Shown here: positions 1 to 9,114 of the stretch, piece after piece
Layout: the number at the start of each line of letters is the position of its first letter
How positions within the stretch are numbered: position 1 is the stretch's first letter
Assembly (NCBI GenBank): GCA_035518135.1
Contig: DATIXW010000013.1
Span: 1 to 44,463 of the forward strand
From: Steroidobacteraceae bacterium
Lineage (GTDB): Bacteria; Pseudomonadota; Gammaproteobacteria; Steroidobacterales; Steroidobacteraceae
Direction: 5' to 3'
DNA length: 44,463 nt
The notes under the pieces: model-generated
The model's input: only the letters and a program-made list of their open reading frames with translations
What the model was told of the DNA's origin: nothing
The model's database searches: none
Position numbers and translations under genes: made by a program

Positions 1-398
1 GCCATGTACACGTCATCGATGTACACGCCCACCCCGGGTTCGAAACCCCACAGCGGATCGCTCTGCCCGACTCCACGGATGTAGATGTTGATCGTGCTGC
101 TGGTGGCACGATCCTGCGAGATCTTCATGTTGGGCACGAAGCTGTTCAGATCCGCAACATTGGTCACGTCGTGCGTCTCGATCGCACCGGCGGTGAGCGC
201 TGTGACGGTAATCGGCACGTCCTGCAGGTTCTCGGTGCGCCGCCGGGCGGTGACCACGACTTCCACCAGTGAATTGCCGCTGCCGGCGCTCGTGTCGCCG
301 GCGGTCTGCGCGGCGACCGTCGCCGGCAGTTGCAGGGCCGCGGCTGCGAACAGCGCGAGCGTGCCGGTGACGACCTGGATGCGCGTCTTGTTGCTCAT
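1..398 (-). CDS. TonB-dependent receptor, N-terminal part (gene runs off the left edge)
   Basis: Absent from the ORF track because it is open at the window edge. Reverse-strand translation from the ATG (complement of 396-398) gives MSNKTRIQVVTGTLALFAAAALQLPATVAAQTAGD..NSLVEVVVTARRRTENLQDVPITVTALTAGAIE..NIYIRGVGQSDPLWGFEPGVGVYIDDVYMA. This is a signal peptide followed by the TonB-dependent receptor plug-domain signature. Confidence 0.8.
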   Translation of the reverse strand, partial: MSNKTRIQVVTGTLALFAAAALQLPATVAAQTAGDTSAGSGNSLVEVVVTARRRTENLQDVPITVTALTAGAIETHDVTNVADLNSFVPNMKISQDRATSSTINIYIRGVGQSDPLWGFEPGVGVYIDDVYM

Positions 399-422
399 GT
401 GCTCCCCCCCTCTCGAGTCACA

Positions 423-460
423 CTCAACAGTTGTTGAGCAGATATTCAACGAACGTTGAG
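423..460. promoter_or_regulatory. Two 16-bp operator-like palindromes in the divergent receptor/TetR intergenic region
   Basis: CTCAACAGTTGTTGAG (423-438) has 7+7 complementary arms. TTCAACGAACGTTGAG (445-460) has 6+6 arms. Both share TCAAC-N4-GTTGAG, and their centres are 22 bp apart. They lie between the receptor ATG (398) and the TetR ATG (550). Confidence 0.45.
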
Positions 461-549
461 GGAGAAGTCAACTCGCCGCCCGAAATTGCGCTGCGGGGGC
501 GATTCACCGGACACTGTCGCGACCGACCACTTTTTTGCAGTGCATTAAG

Positions 550-1257
550 ATGAACAAGAAGGCCACCGCCCGCCCGGGCAACGAGCGCATCCTGGACGCC
601 GCGGAGCAGTTGTTTGCGCAGCGTGGCTACCATGGCGTCTCGTTACGCGACATCACCCAGGCCGCCGGGGTCGACGTGGCACTGGTCGGGTACCACTTCG
701 GTGGCAAGCGCGAACTGTTCATGGCCGTGTTCGAGCGACGCGCGGAGCTACTGAACCGCGAGCGCCTCGAGCTGCTGGAGGAGGTGCTGCGGGCCGCGCT
801 GCCGGGCGTGCCCAGCGTGGAGCAGATCGTCAACGCTTTCTGCCAGCCGCTCCTTGAGCGCTCCGCGCGCGGTGGGGCCGGCTGGAAGAGCTACTTTGCC
901 CTCGTCGCCTATGTGAACAACTCCCCGGAGTTCGGGCCGGTGATGATGACGCGTCACTTCGACCCGCTGGTGGATCGGTTCATCGCCGTGCTGCGTGCCG
1001 CGCTTCCCGGGTGTCCGCCGCGCGAGATCTACTGGGGCTACCAGTTTCTCACCGGCGCGCTCACGCTCACCTTCGCCGAGACCGGCCGCATCGATAAGCT
1101 CTCCGGGGGGCTGTGCCGCTCCTCGGACCTCGACAGCGTCACGCAGCGCCTGGCGCCCTACGTCGCCGCGGGCTTTCGTGCCCTGTGCGCGCGTGCGAGC
1201 CCTGCCCGCCCGAGCTCCGGCAAGCGCCGCGCTGCGCGTGCGCGTCGCTTGCGATGA
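550..1257 (+). CDS. TetR/AcrR-family transcriptional regulator
   Basis: The N-terminal HTH RILDAAEQLFAQRGYHGVSLRDITQAAGVDVALVGYHFGGKRELF is typical of TetR. I placed the start at the ATG at 550; the track ORF begins at an upstream TTG at 535. The stop overlaps the next start (ATGA at 1254-1257). Confidence 0.85.
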   Translation: MNKKATARPGNERILDAAEQLFAQRGYHGVSLRDITQAAGVDVALVGYHFGGKRELFMAVFERRAELLNRERLELLEEVLRAALPGVPSVEQIVNAFCQPLLERSARGGAGWKSYFALVAYVNNSPEFGPVMMTRHFDPLVDRFIAVLRAALPGCPPREIYWGYQFLTGALTLTFAETGRIDKLSGGLCRSSDLDSVTQRLAPYVAAGFRALCARASPARPSSGKRRAARARRLR

Positions 1258-2108
1258 AGTACCGCCACCGCTACCACGCCGGCAACTTCGCCGACGTGCA
1301 CAAGCACGTGACGCTGCTTGCGCTCCTGGCGGCGCTGCAGAAAAAGGACAAGGGCTTCCTCTACCTCGATACGCACGCCGGCCGTGGCGCCTACGACCTC
1401 TCCAGCCCCTCCGCCGAGGCGCGCGCCGGCATCGTGCGCTTCCAGGAAAGGCCCGTCGCGGCCGAGGAGCTGCGTGCCTATGCCGGCGCGCTCGCACAGC
1501 TGCGCGAGACGTTCAGGCAGCGCCACTTCTACGGCGGCTCACCGCTCCTGGCCGTGCAGGCGCTGCGAGCGCAGGACCGCGCCGTGCTCATCGAACTGCA
1601 GGGCCCCGAGGCACACGTGCTGGAGGAAAGCGTCGCCGCGGTTGCCGCCGCGCGCGGCCCGCAGGTGCGCGTGGAGCGCGGCGATGGCCTGCAGCGGCTC
1701 AAGGCCTACCTGCCGCCCCCGGAGCGGCGCGGACTCACCTTCATCGACCCGCCCTACGAGGAAACGCAGGCGGATTTCACCTCGGTGACCGCAGCCCTCG
1801 CGGAGGCGCTGCGGCGCTTCCCCACCGGGATCGCCATGGCCTGGTACCCGATCAAGGAAGAGCGGCAGACGCGCGCCTGGCACGCCAGCGCGGCCCGTAC
1901 GCTCGCCGCCCCGCTGCTGGTGAGCGAGCTGTGGCTGTTTCCGCGCGATTCGCGCGTCGCGCTGAACGGCTCGGGACTCTTGATCCTGAACCCGCCCCAC
2001 CTGCTGCTCGAGCGCATGCAGCTATGGCTGCCGCAGCTCGTGGCGGCGCTCGCAGACGGCCCCGGCGCGGGCAGCAGCGCCCGGATGCTGTCACAATCGC
2101 AGCCGTGA
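1254..2108 (+). CDS. rlmJ: 23S rRNA (adenine2030-N6)-methyltransferase RlmJ
   Basis: MKYRHRYHAGNFADVHKHVTLLALL..YLDTHAGRGAYDL..FIDPPYE matches the RlmJ family N-terminus and the DPPY catalytic motif. Length is 284 aa. It is nested in the longer track ORF 1113..2108. Confidence 0.85.
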   Translation: MKYRHRYHAGNFADVHKHVTLLALLAALQKKDKGFLYLDTHAGRGAYDLSSPSAEARAGIVRFQERPVAAEELRAYAGALAQLRETFRQRHFYGGSPLLAVQALRAQDRAVLIELQGPEAHVLEESVAAVAAARGPQVRVERGDGLQRLKAYLPPPERRGLTFIDPPYEETQADFTSVTAALAEALRRFPTGIAMAWYPIKEERQTRAWHASAARTLAAPLLVSELWLFPRDSRVALNGSGLLILNPPHLLLERMQLWLPQLVAALADGPGAGSSARMLSQSQP

Positions 2109-2947
2109 ACAGCGGCCCCGACCAGTACGGTGTCTTCGGGCACCCGATCAGCCATAGCCTGTCGCCCTTCATCCACGGGATGTTCGCGCGCGAGACCGGC
2201 GAGCGGATGAGTTACCGGCCCTTCGACGTGCGCCCGGAGGAATTCCGCGAGCGCGTCGCGCAGTTCTTCGCCGAGGGTGGCAAGGGACTCAACATCACCC
2301 TGCCGCACAAGATGGCCGCGGTCGATGTGGCCGACCAGCTCACCGCGCGCGCCGCGCACGCCACCGCGGTCAACACCCTCGCCCTGCAGGGCGAGGAGCT
2401 GCTCGGCGACAACACCGACGGCGCCGGGCTGGTGCGCGACCTGTGCAACAACCTCGGGCTGGTGATCACCCACCGGCGGCTGCTCGTGATCGGCGCCGGC
2501 GGCGCCACGCGCGGTGTGCTCGCCCCGCTGCTCGGCCTGGAGCCGACCGTCGTGGTGATCGCCAACCGCTCGCCCGAACGTGCCGAGGCCCTCGCCACCG
2601 CGTTCTCCGACCTGGGCACGACGCAGGGCGCCGGGTTCGACCAGATCGAGCCGGCGCCCTTCGACCTCATCATCAACGCCACCTCCGCCAGCCTCTCGGG
2701 CGAGATCCCCCCGCTGCCCGCCGGCGTCATCGGCCCGCAGACCGTGTGCTACGACCTCGCCTACGGACGCTCCGCCACCGCGTTCGTGCGCTGGGCGCAG
2801 CAGCAGGGCTGTGCGCGCGCCATCCAGGGCCTGGGGATGCTGGTGGAGCAGGCGGCGGAGTCGTTTCGCCTGTGGCGTGGCGTGCGGCCCTCGACGATCC
2901 GCGTCATGGATGCGCTGCGCGAGCGCGCCGGCGGCGCCTACGCCTGA
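2105..2947 (+). CDS. aroE: Shikimate dehydrogenase
   Basis: The in-frame GTG at 2105 overlaps the rlmJ stop (GTGA). YGVFGHPISHSLSPFIHGMFA..GLNITLPHK..AVNTL..LGDNTDGAGLVRDL..VIGAGGATRGV is the AroE signature. Upstream of this, the 650-aa track ORF is an Arg/Ala-rich artefact. Confidence 0.9.
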   Translation: MNSGPDQYGVFGHPISHSLSPFIHGMFARETGERMSYRPFDVRPEEFRERVAQFFAEGGKGLNITLPHKMAAVDVADQLTARAAHATAVNTLALQGEELLGDNTDGAGLVRDLCNNLGLVITHRRLLVIGAGGATRGVLAPLLGLEPTVVVIANRSPERAEALATAFSDLGTTQGAGFDQIEPAPFDLIINATSASLSGEIPPLPAGVIGPQTVCYDLAYGRSATAFVRWAQQQGCARAIQGLGMLVEQAAESFRLWRGVRPSTIRVMDALRERAGGAYA

Positions 2948-2954
2948 TGGCGCT

Positions 2955-4307
2955 TCAGCGCATGGTGACGAATTCCTCCGCGCTCGTCGGATGAATCGCC
3001 ACGGTGTCGTCGAAGTCCTTCTTGGTGGCACCCATGCGCACCGCCACGGCAAATCCCTGCAGCATCTCGTCCGCCCCGGCGCCGACGACGTGCAGACCAA
3101 CGATGCGCTGCTCCGCTCCCGCGGTCACGAGCTTCATCTCGACACGCACCTTCTCGTGCGTGAGTGCATGGTAGAGCGGCACGAAACTTGAGCGAAACAC
3201 GGTAACGTTGGCCGCACCATAACGCGCCTGCGCCTCGGGCTCCGTGAGGCCGACCGTGCCGATCGGCGGGTGCGCGAAGATCACGGTGGGAATGAACTCG
3301 TAGTCGAGGTGACGGCCGCTCTGGCCGCCAAAGACGCGGTCGGCGAGCCGCCGGCCGGCGGCGATCGCCACCGGCGTCAGCTGCACGCGCCCGGTGACGT
3401 CCCCGACTGCATAGATGCTCGGCACGCTCGTCACCTGGAACGTATCGGTGCGCACGTAACCATGCGCATCGAGCACCACACCCGCGCGCTCGAGGTGCAG
3501 CTCCTCGACCTGCGGCACGCGACCGATCGCCCACACCAGCGCATCGAACGGCCCGAGGCGCCGCCCGTGCGTGGCGCTGAGCTCGAGCGCACCGTCCGCG
3601 GTGCGCTCCAGGCGCTGCGGCACGGCGTAGGTGACCACCTCGACCCCTGATGCGCGCAATGCCTTCAGCGTCACCTCCCCGAGCATGGGGTCGAAGGAGC
3701 GCAGCGCCGCATCGGTGCGCAGAACGAGGCTGGTATCCGCCTTAAGCGCGGCGAAGATGCCGGCGAGCTCGATCGCGATGTAGCTGCTGCCGACGACCGC
3801 CACGCGGGCCGGGCGCTCGGGCAGCGCGAAGAAGCCATCCGAGGTGATGCCGAGCTCCGCCCCGGGGATCGGCGGCAGCAGCGGCCGCCCGCCGGTGGCG
3901 ATCAATACCTGGGCCGCGCTCAGGGTACGCTCGCCCGCACTGACCGTGTGGGCATCGCGAAACTGTGCCCGGGCGCGCACCAGCTCCACGTGGCGCTTGG
4001 CGAGGTTGGCGGCATAGATGCCGTTGAGGCGGTGGATGTACGCCTCGCGGTCGTGTTTCAGGCGCCCCCAGTCGTGCCCCAGGACCTCGAGCCGGAAACC
4101 ATAGCCGGGCGCATCCCGCAGCGCCTCCGCGAGGTCGGCGGCGTTCCACATGATCTTCTTGGGCACGCAGCCGACGTTCACGCACGTGCCCCCCAGCGGC
4201 CCGGACTCCACCAGGGCGACCCGGGCGCCGTACTCGGCGGCGCGCTGCGCGGCGGCCAGCCCGCCGCTGCCGCCACCGATCACCACCAAGTCGTATTGCT
4301 CGCTCAT
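2955..4307 (-). CDS. gor: Glutathione-disulfide reductase
   Basis: Contains [15 protein letters not shown] (FAD-binding fold), the redox-active [13 protein letters not shown] motif, and a C-terminal [12 protein letters not shown] as in glutathione reductases. Length is 450 aa. Confidence 0.9.
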   Translation of the reverse strand: MSEQYDLVVIGGGSGGLAAAQRAAEYGARVALVESGPLGGTCVNVGCVPKKIMWNAADLAEALRDAPGYGFRLEVLGHDWGRLKHDREAYIHRLNGIYAANLAKRHVELVRARAQFRDAHTVSAGERTLSAAQVLIATGGRPLLPPIPGAELGITSDGFFALPERPARVAVVGSSYIAIELAGIFAALKADTSLVLRTDAALRSFDPMLGEVTLKALRASGVEVVTYAVPQRLERTADGALELSATHGRRLGPFDALVWAIGRVPQVEELHLERAGVVLDAHGYVRTDTFQVTSVPSIYAVGDVTGRVQLTPVAIAAGRRLADRVFGGQSGRHLDYEFIPTVIFAHPPIGTVGLTEPEAQARYGAANVTVFRSSFVPLYHALTHEKVRVEMKLVTAGAEQRIVGLHVVGAGADEMLQGFAVAVRMGATKKDFDDTVAIHPTSAEEFVTMR

Positions 4308-4453
4308 AGACCCTCAAGGTGCCAGAAGCCCATGTTATATGAGGAGCAAGCGCACGAGTTCCAGGGCACCCGGGCACCCGCCTGCCGCGGCCGCATAACG
4401 CCTGCGTGCCCAAGGCCGCTACAATGGCCATCGATCCAGCGGACGGGAAGTGC

Positions 4454-6490
4454 ATGGAAAACCCCTTACTCGGACAGGAGCCGCTGCCGCAGTTCCTGAA
4501 GATTCGCCCCGAGCACGTCGAGCCGGCGGTGCGCGAGCTGCTGTCGGCGAATCGGGCGCGGATCGAGGAGCTCTCGAGCGTGCCGCAGCCGACCTTCGCC
4601 TCGGTGGTCGAGCCGCTCGAGGAGCTGCAGCACCGCATCTCGCGCACCTGGTCCCCGGTGAGTCACCTGAACGCCGTGCTGAACTCCGATGCCCTGCGGG
4701 CCGGCTACAACGCCTGCCTGCCGCTGCTGTCGGCCTACCAGACCGATCTTGCGCAGAGCGAGCCGCTGTTTCGCGCCTATCGCATCGTGGCCGAGCAGGA
4801 AGGCGCAGCGCTCGCGCCGGTGCAGCGGCAGCTGCTGGAACACCGGGTGCGCGACTTCCGCCTGGCCGGGGTGGGACTGTCGCCCGAGCGCAAGGAGAGC
4901 TTCAAGACCGCCATGCTGGAGCTCACGCAGCTGCAGGCGAAGTTCGAGGAAAACGTGCTCGATGCCACCAACCACTGGACCTGGCACGTGCGCGATGCCG
5001 CCGAGCTCACCGGCCTGAACGAGATGCTGATCGAGCAGGCGCGCCGCCGGGCCGCCGAGCGCGCACTGCCCGGCTGGGTGCTCAGCCTCGATCAGCCCAC
5101 CTACGTGGCGGTCGTGACGGATGCGGAGTCGCAGGTGCTGCGGCGGGCCTTCTACGAGGCCTGGACCACGCGCGCCTCCGATCAGGGACCGAACGCGGGC
5201 CGCTGGGACAACTCGCGCACCATGGAGGAGATCCTGCAGCGCCGGCACACGGCCGCGCGGCTGCTGGATTTTCGCAACTACGCCGAGTACGCGCTCGCCA
5301 CGCGCATGGCGACCAGCGTCGAGGAGGTGCTGCGCTTCCTGCACGAGCTCGCCGGAGCCGCGCGCGCGGCGGCGCAGGCCGAGTTCGCCGAACTGGAGGT
5401 GTTTGCCGGCCGCAAGCTCGCCGCCTGGGACGTCGGCTTTTATGCCGAGCGGCTGCAGCGGGAGCGCTTCTGCGTGTCGCAGGAGGAGCTGCGCCCGTAC
5501 TTCCCGCTGCCGCGGGTGCTCGCCGGGCTGTTCGAGGTGGCCGAGCGGCTCTTCGGCGTGCGTATCCGCGAACGGCCCGGAGCGCCGGTGTGGCATCCCG
5601 ACGCGCGCCTGTTCGATATCGAGAACCACCGGGGCGAGGCCGTCGGCAGCTTCTACCTGGACGCCTACGCCCGTCCCAACAAGCGCAGCGGCGCGTGGAT
5701 GGACGAGTGCGTCGGACGCAAGCGTCTCGCCAGCGGCGAGGCGCTCCCGGTCGCCTACCTGGTGTGCAACTTTCTGCCCCCCGGGGGCGAGCACCCCGCG
5801 CTTCTCACCCACGATGACGTGCTGACGCTGTTTCACGAGTTCGGTCACGGCCTGCACCACCTGCTCACCCGGGTCGACTACCCGAGCATCGCCGGGATCA
5901 ACGGCGTCGCCTGGGACGCGGTGGAGCTGCCGAGCCAGTTCCTCGAGAACTACGCCTGGCATCCGGAGGTGCTGCAGCGCATCTCCGGACATTTCCAGAG
6001 CGGTGAACCGCTGCCCGCCGAACAGCAGAAGCGGCTCATCGCCACGCGCAGTTTCCATGCAGGCCTGCAGATGATGCGGCAGCTCGAGTTCGCGCTGTTT
6101 GACTTCCGCATCCACACCGAATACTCACCCGAGAAGGGCGGCCGCATCCTCGAGATCCTGCGCGAGGTGCGCCAGGAGGTCGCCGTCGTGCCGGTGCCCG
6201 AGTGGAATCGCTTCCCCAACAGCTTCGGCCACATCTTCGCCGGCGGCTACGCGGCCGGGTACTACAGCTACAAGTGGGCCGAGGTCCTGGCCGCCGATGC
6301 CTTCGCGGCTTTCGAGGAGAGCGGCGTGTTCGACCACTCCACCGCGCAGCGCTTCCTGGACTCGATCCTCAGCCGCGGCGGCAGCCGCGACGCGCTCGAC
6401 GCCTTTATCGACTTCCGCGGGCGCCGCCCCGACGTGCGCGCGTTGCTGAAGCAGCACGGCATCCTCGGCGGCGTGCGCCGCAGCGCCTGA
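4454..6490 (+). CDS. prlC: Oligopeptidase A (M3 family zinc metallopeptidase)
   Basis: Starts MENPLLGQEPLPQF.. and carries the HEFGHGLHH zinc motif. At 678 aa it matches PrlC length. I chose the start at ATG 4454 inside track ORF 4406..6490. Confidence 0.9.
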   Translation: MENPLLGQEPLPQFLKIRPEHVEPAVRELLSANRARIEELSSVPQPTFASVVEPLEELQHRISRTWSPVSHLNAVLNSDALRAGYNACLPLLSAYQTDLAQSEPLFRAYRIVAEQEGAALAPVQRQLLEHRVRDFRLAGVGLSPERKESFKTAMLELTQLQAKFEENVLDATNHWTWHVRDAAELTGLNEMLIEQARRRAAERALPGWVLSLDQPTYVAVVTDAESQVLRRAFYEAWTTRASDQGPNAGRWDNSRTMEEILQRRHTAARLLDFRNYAEYALATRMATSVEEVLRFLHELAGAARAAAQAEFAELEVFAGRKLAAWDVGFYAERLQRERFCVSQEELRPYFPLPRVLAGLFEVAERLFGVRIRERPGAPVWHPDARLFDIENHRGEAVGSFYLDAYARPNKRSGAWMDECVGRKRLASGEALPVAYLVCNFLPPGGEHPALLTHDDVLTLFHEFGHGLHHLLTRVDYPSIAGINGVAWDAVELPSQFLENYAWHPEVLQRISGHFQSGEPLPAEQQKRLIATRSFHAGLQMMRQLEFALFDFRIHTEYSPEKGGRILEILREVRQEVAVVPVPEWNRFPNSFGHIFAGGYAAGYYSYKWAEVLAADAFAAFEESGVFDHSTAQRFLDSILSRGGSRDALDAFIDFRGRRPDVRALLKQHGILGGVRRSA

Positions 6491-6492
6491 AC

Positions 6493-7074
6493 GTGCAGCC
6501 GGCCGCCCCAGGCGCAGCGCTCCTCGCAGCCCTCGGTCTGCTCGCCCTCGGCACACCGGCGGCGGCCGCGCAGGCGCTCTACGTCGTCGAGCAGCTGGTG
6601 GTCTCGGTCAACAGTGCCCCCGACGGCGGCGGCGAGCGCGTCGCCTCGCTCAAAAGCGGCGACCGGGTTGAGCTCCTCGAGCGCACCGGGAATGTCGTGC
6701 ACGTACGCCTGGCGAGCGGCAAGGACGGCTGGCTGCGCTCGAGCTACCTGTCCGAGGAGGAACCGCTGCGGTCACGGCTGCAGAAGAGCGAAGCCGAGGT
6801 CGGCGCCCTGAAGGCCGAAGTGAGCCGACTGCAGGCGCAGCCGGGCGGCGCCCCAGGGCCCCAGGCCCCCGCCGCCTCTGCCGCCGCGCCCGAGGAAGCC
6901 GCTGGCGCCGCGCCGGCGCCGCTGTTCAGCGCGGCCGCGGACACGGCCGCCCCGCGCGTGTGGCCCTGGGCGCTGCTGAGCGCCGCGCTCGCGCTCGTGG
7001 CCGGCTATGCGCTCGGGTGGTGGATGCTCGGCCGCAGCATCCGCAAGAAGTACGGCGGCCTGAAGATCTACTGA
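6493..7074 (+). CDS. SH3-domain protein with coiled coil and C-terminal membrane anchor (YgiM-like)
   Basis: The in-frame GTG at 6493 gives a signal peptide (ALLAALGLLALGTPAAAAQA), then an SH3-like segment (YVVEQLVVSVNSAP..SLKSGDRVELLERTGNVVHVRLASGKDGWLRSSYL). A coiled coil follows, and the C-terminus is a TM helix plus RKKYGGLKIY. Family recall only. Confidence 0.7.
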   Translation: MQPAAPGAALLAALGLLALGTPAAAAQALYVVEQLVVSVNSAPDGGGERVASLKSGDRVELLERTGNVVHVRLASGKDGWLRSSYLSEEEPLRSRLQKSEAEVGALKAEVSRLQAQPGGAPGPQAPAASAAAPEEAAGAAPAPLFSAAADTAAPRVWPWALLSAALALVAGYALGWWMLGRSIRKKYGGLKIY

Positions 7075-7089
7075 GCACTGCGCGCGCCC

Positions 7090-7879
7090 GTGCGCATCGC
7101 CACCTGGAACGTCAATTCGCTGCGCGTGCGCCTGCCACAGGTGCTCGGGTGGCTGGCTCAGGCGTCGGTGGAGGTCCTGGCGATGCAGGAAACCAAGCTC
7201 ACCGATGCGGAGTTCCCCCACGCGGAGTTCGCCGCGCTCGGCTATCACGCGCAATTCGCCGGGCAGAAGACCTACAACGGCGTCGCTGTGCTGAGCCGCG
7301 TGCCGGGCACGGCGGTGCTCACCGGCATCCCGGCGTTCGAGGATCTGGCGCGGCGCGCGCTCGCGGTGCGCATCGGTCCCCTGCGCTTGGTCAACGTGTA
7401 CGTGCCCAACGGCCAGAGCGTCGGGTCCGAGAAGTACCGGTACAAGCTGCGCTGGCTCGCCGCGCTGCGCGAGTGGCTGCGCGAGGAGCTGCGCGCGCAC
7501 CCCCAGCTGCTGGTGCTCGGGGACTTCAACATCGCGCCCGAGGATCGCGACGTGCACGACCCGGTCGCCTGGGCCGGTTCGGTGCACGTAAGTGCCCCGG
7601 AACGCGAAGCGCTGCGCGAAGTGGTGGATCTGGGCCTGAGCGATGTGTTCCGTCGCTTCGAGCAGCCGCCGCAGACCTTCAGCTGGTGGGACTACCGCAT
7701 GTCAGCGTTCCGCCGTAACCATGGGCTACGTATCGACCTGATGCTCGCCAGCGAGGCGCTGGCGGCACGCTGCAACCGGCTGTCATATCGACCGTGAGCC
7801 CCGCCGTGCCGAGCGCCCCTCCGATCACGCCCCGGTGATCGCCGAATTCGAGTTGCCCCGTGAAGAGCCCTGCGGCTAA
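7090..7879 (+). pseudogene. xthA: Exodeoxyribonuclease III with an apparent +1 frameshift near 7765-7787 (pseudogene or assembly error)
   Basis: From GTG 7090 the translation is [57 protein letters not shown]. This frame stops at 7797 (..[11 protein letters not shown]). The conserved C-terminus [24 protein letters not shown] continues in the +1 frame (7787-7879, TAA). Confidence 0.75.
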
Positions 7880-8014
7880 GCGGTGGCGGGCCCGAAAGTG
7901 TGCGCCGCGTCGCGGTACCGGGGTGCCGGGACTGCCTAGACTGCCTGGCAAGTCGCCGCGACTGCCCTTCAGGGGAGGGGCCCGCGCGTCAAGGCCGAGT
8001 TTACTTACACCCAA

Positions 8015-9016
8015 ATGAGCACCCGGCGCAGCGATTTCGATGTGACCAACAGCGTGCAGGTCAGCTCGCCCGCGGCGGTGCTGGCGGCGATTGCGGCGCT
8101 GTTCCGACCCACCTGGCCGGAGGTGGTGCTGGAGCCCCTCGAGCGCGCCTTCGTGCATTTCGAGCGCCTGTTCGCCGGCGAGGTCAGCGGTTTTCACGGC
8201 GTCGACACCGTCTATCACGACCGCCAGCACACCCTCGACATAACGCTCGCGCTCGCGCGCCTCTTGGTCGGGTATGAGCGCCAGCAGGATGCGCCGCAGC
8301 GCCTGGGCGCCACGCGCGCCACCGTGGGAGTCCTCACCGGCCTCTTCCACGACGTCGGTTACTTGAGGCGTGCGGATGACCACGGCTCGCTCAACGGGGC
8401 GGAGTTCACGCGCACGCACGTCTCGCGCGGGGCGCGCTTCCTCGGGGAGTACCTGCCGGAGCTTGGCCTCGGCGCCTGGGTGCCGGTCACCACCGAGATC
8501 ATCCACTTCACCGGCTACGAGGTGCCCTTCACGAGCATCGAGCAGAAGGTCTCCGATCCACGCGACATAATGGTGGGGCACCTGCTCGGGACGGCGGACA
8601 TGATCGCGCAGATCGCCGACCGCTGTTACCTGGAGAAATGCCGCGACCGGCTGTACGCGGAGTTCGTGCTCGGCGGGGTGGCACTGCCCTTCAGCGACGG
8701 TAATCCCCAGGTCAAGTACGCCTCCGGGCTCGATCTGCTGCGGCAGACTCCTGATTTCATCGCCGACGTGCGCGCCAAGCGCCTCGACCGGGACTTCCGC
8801 GGCGCCTACCGCTACCTCGAGATCCTCTACGGTGGCCGCAACCCCTATATGGAAGCGATCGACCGCAACGTCGAGTTCCTGCGCCAGATCCTGCGCAGCG
8901 AGAACTGGCAGCTCCTGCGGCGCCGCCCGCCGATCTTCGCCGCCACGGACGACCCGATGAGCACCACGCGCGGGCTCATGCTGGGGCACATCAAGCGCGT
9001 CTGGTCCGGAGCCTGA
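8015..9016 (+). CDS. HD-domain (metal-dependent phosphohydrolase-like) protein of unknown function
   Basis: YHDRQHTLD and LFHDVGYL supply the H..HD..D pattern. Length is 333 aa. I recognise no closer family. Confidence 0.6.
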   Translation: MSTRRSDFDVTNSVQVSSPAAVLAAIAALFRPTWPEVVLEPLERAFVHFERLFAGEVSGFHGVDTVYHDRQHTLDITLALARLLVGYERQQDAPQRLGATRATVGVLTGLFHDVGYLRRADDHGSLNGAEFTRTHVSRGARFLGEYLPELGLGAWVPVTTEIIHFTGYEVPFTSIEQKVSDPRDIMVGHLLGTADMIAQIADRCYLEKCRDRLYAEFVLGGVALPFSDGNPQVKYASGLDLLRQTPDFIADVRAKRLDRDFRGAYRYLEILYGGRNPYMEAIDRNVEFLRQILRSENWQLLRRRPPIFAATDDPMSTTRGLMLGHIKRVWSGA

Positions 9017-9114
9017 AAACCGGCAAGTGGCGTTGGGCGGCAAGCGGCGGTTAAGATCGATCCGTCATAAGTCTAGGGGATCAGCCGCCGGAGCGGTGGA
9101 GGCGCAGCACCACC

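Noticed and set aside
36-48. GGGTTCGAAACCC, resembling a tRNA T-arm.
   Set aside because: It lies inside the TonB-dependent receptor coding frame (..WGFEPG..). No acceptor, D or anticodon arms flank it.
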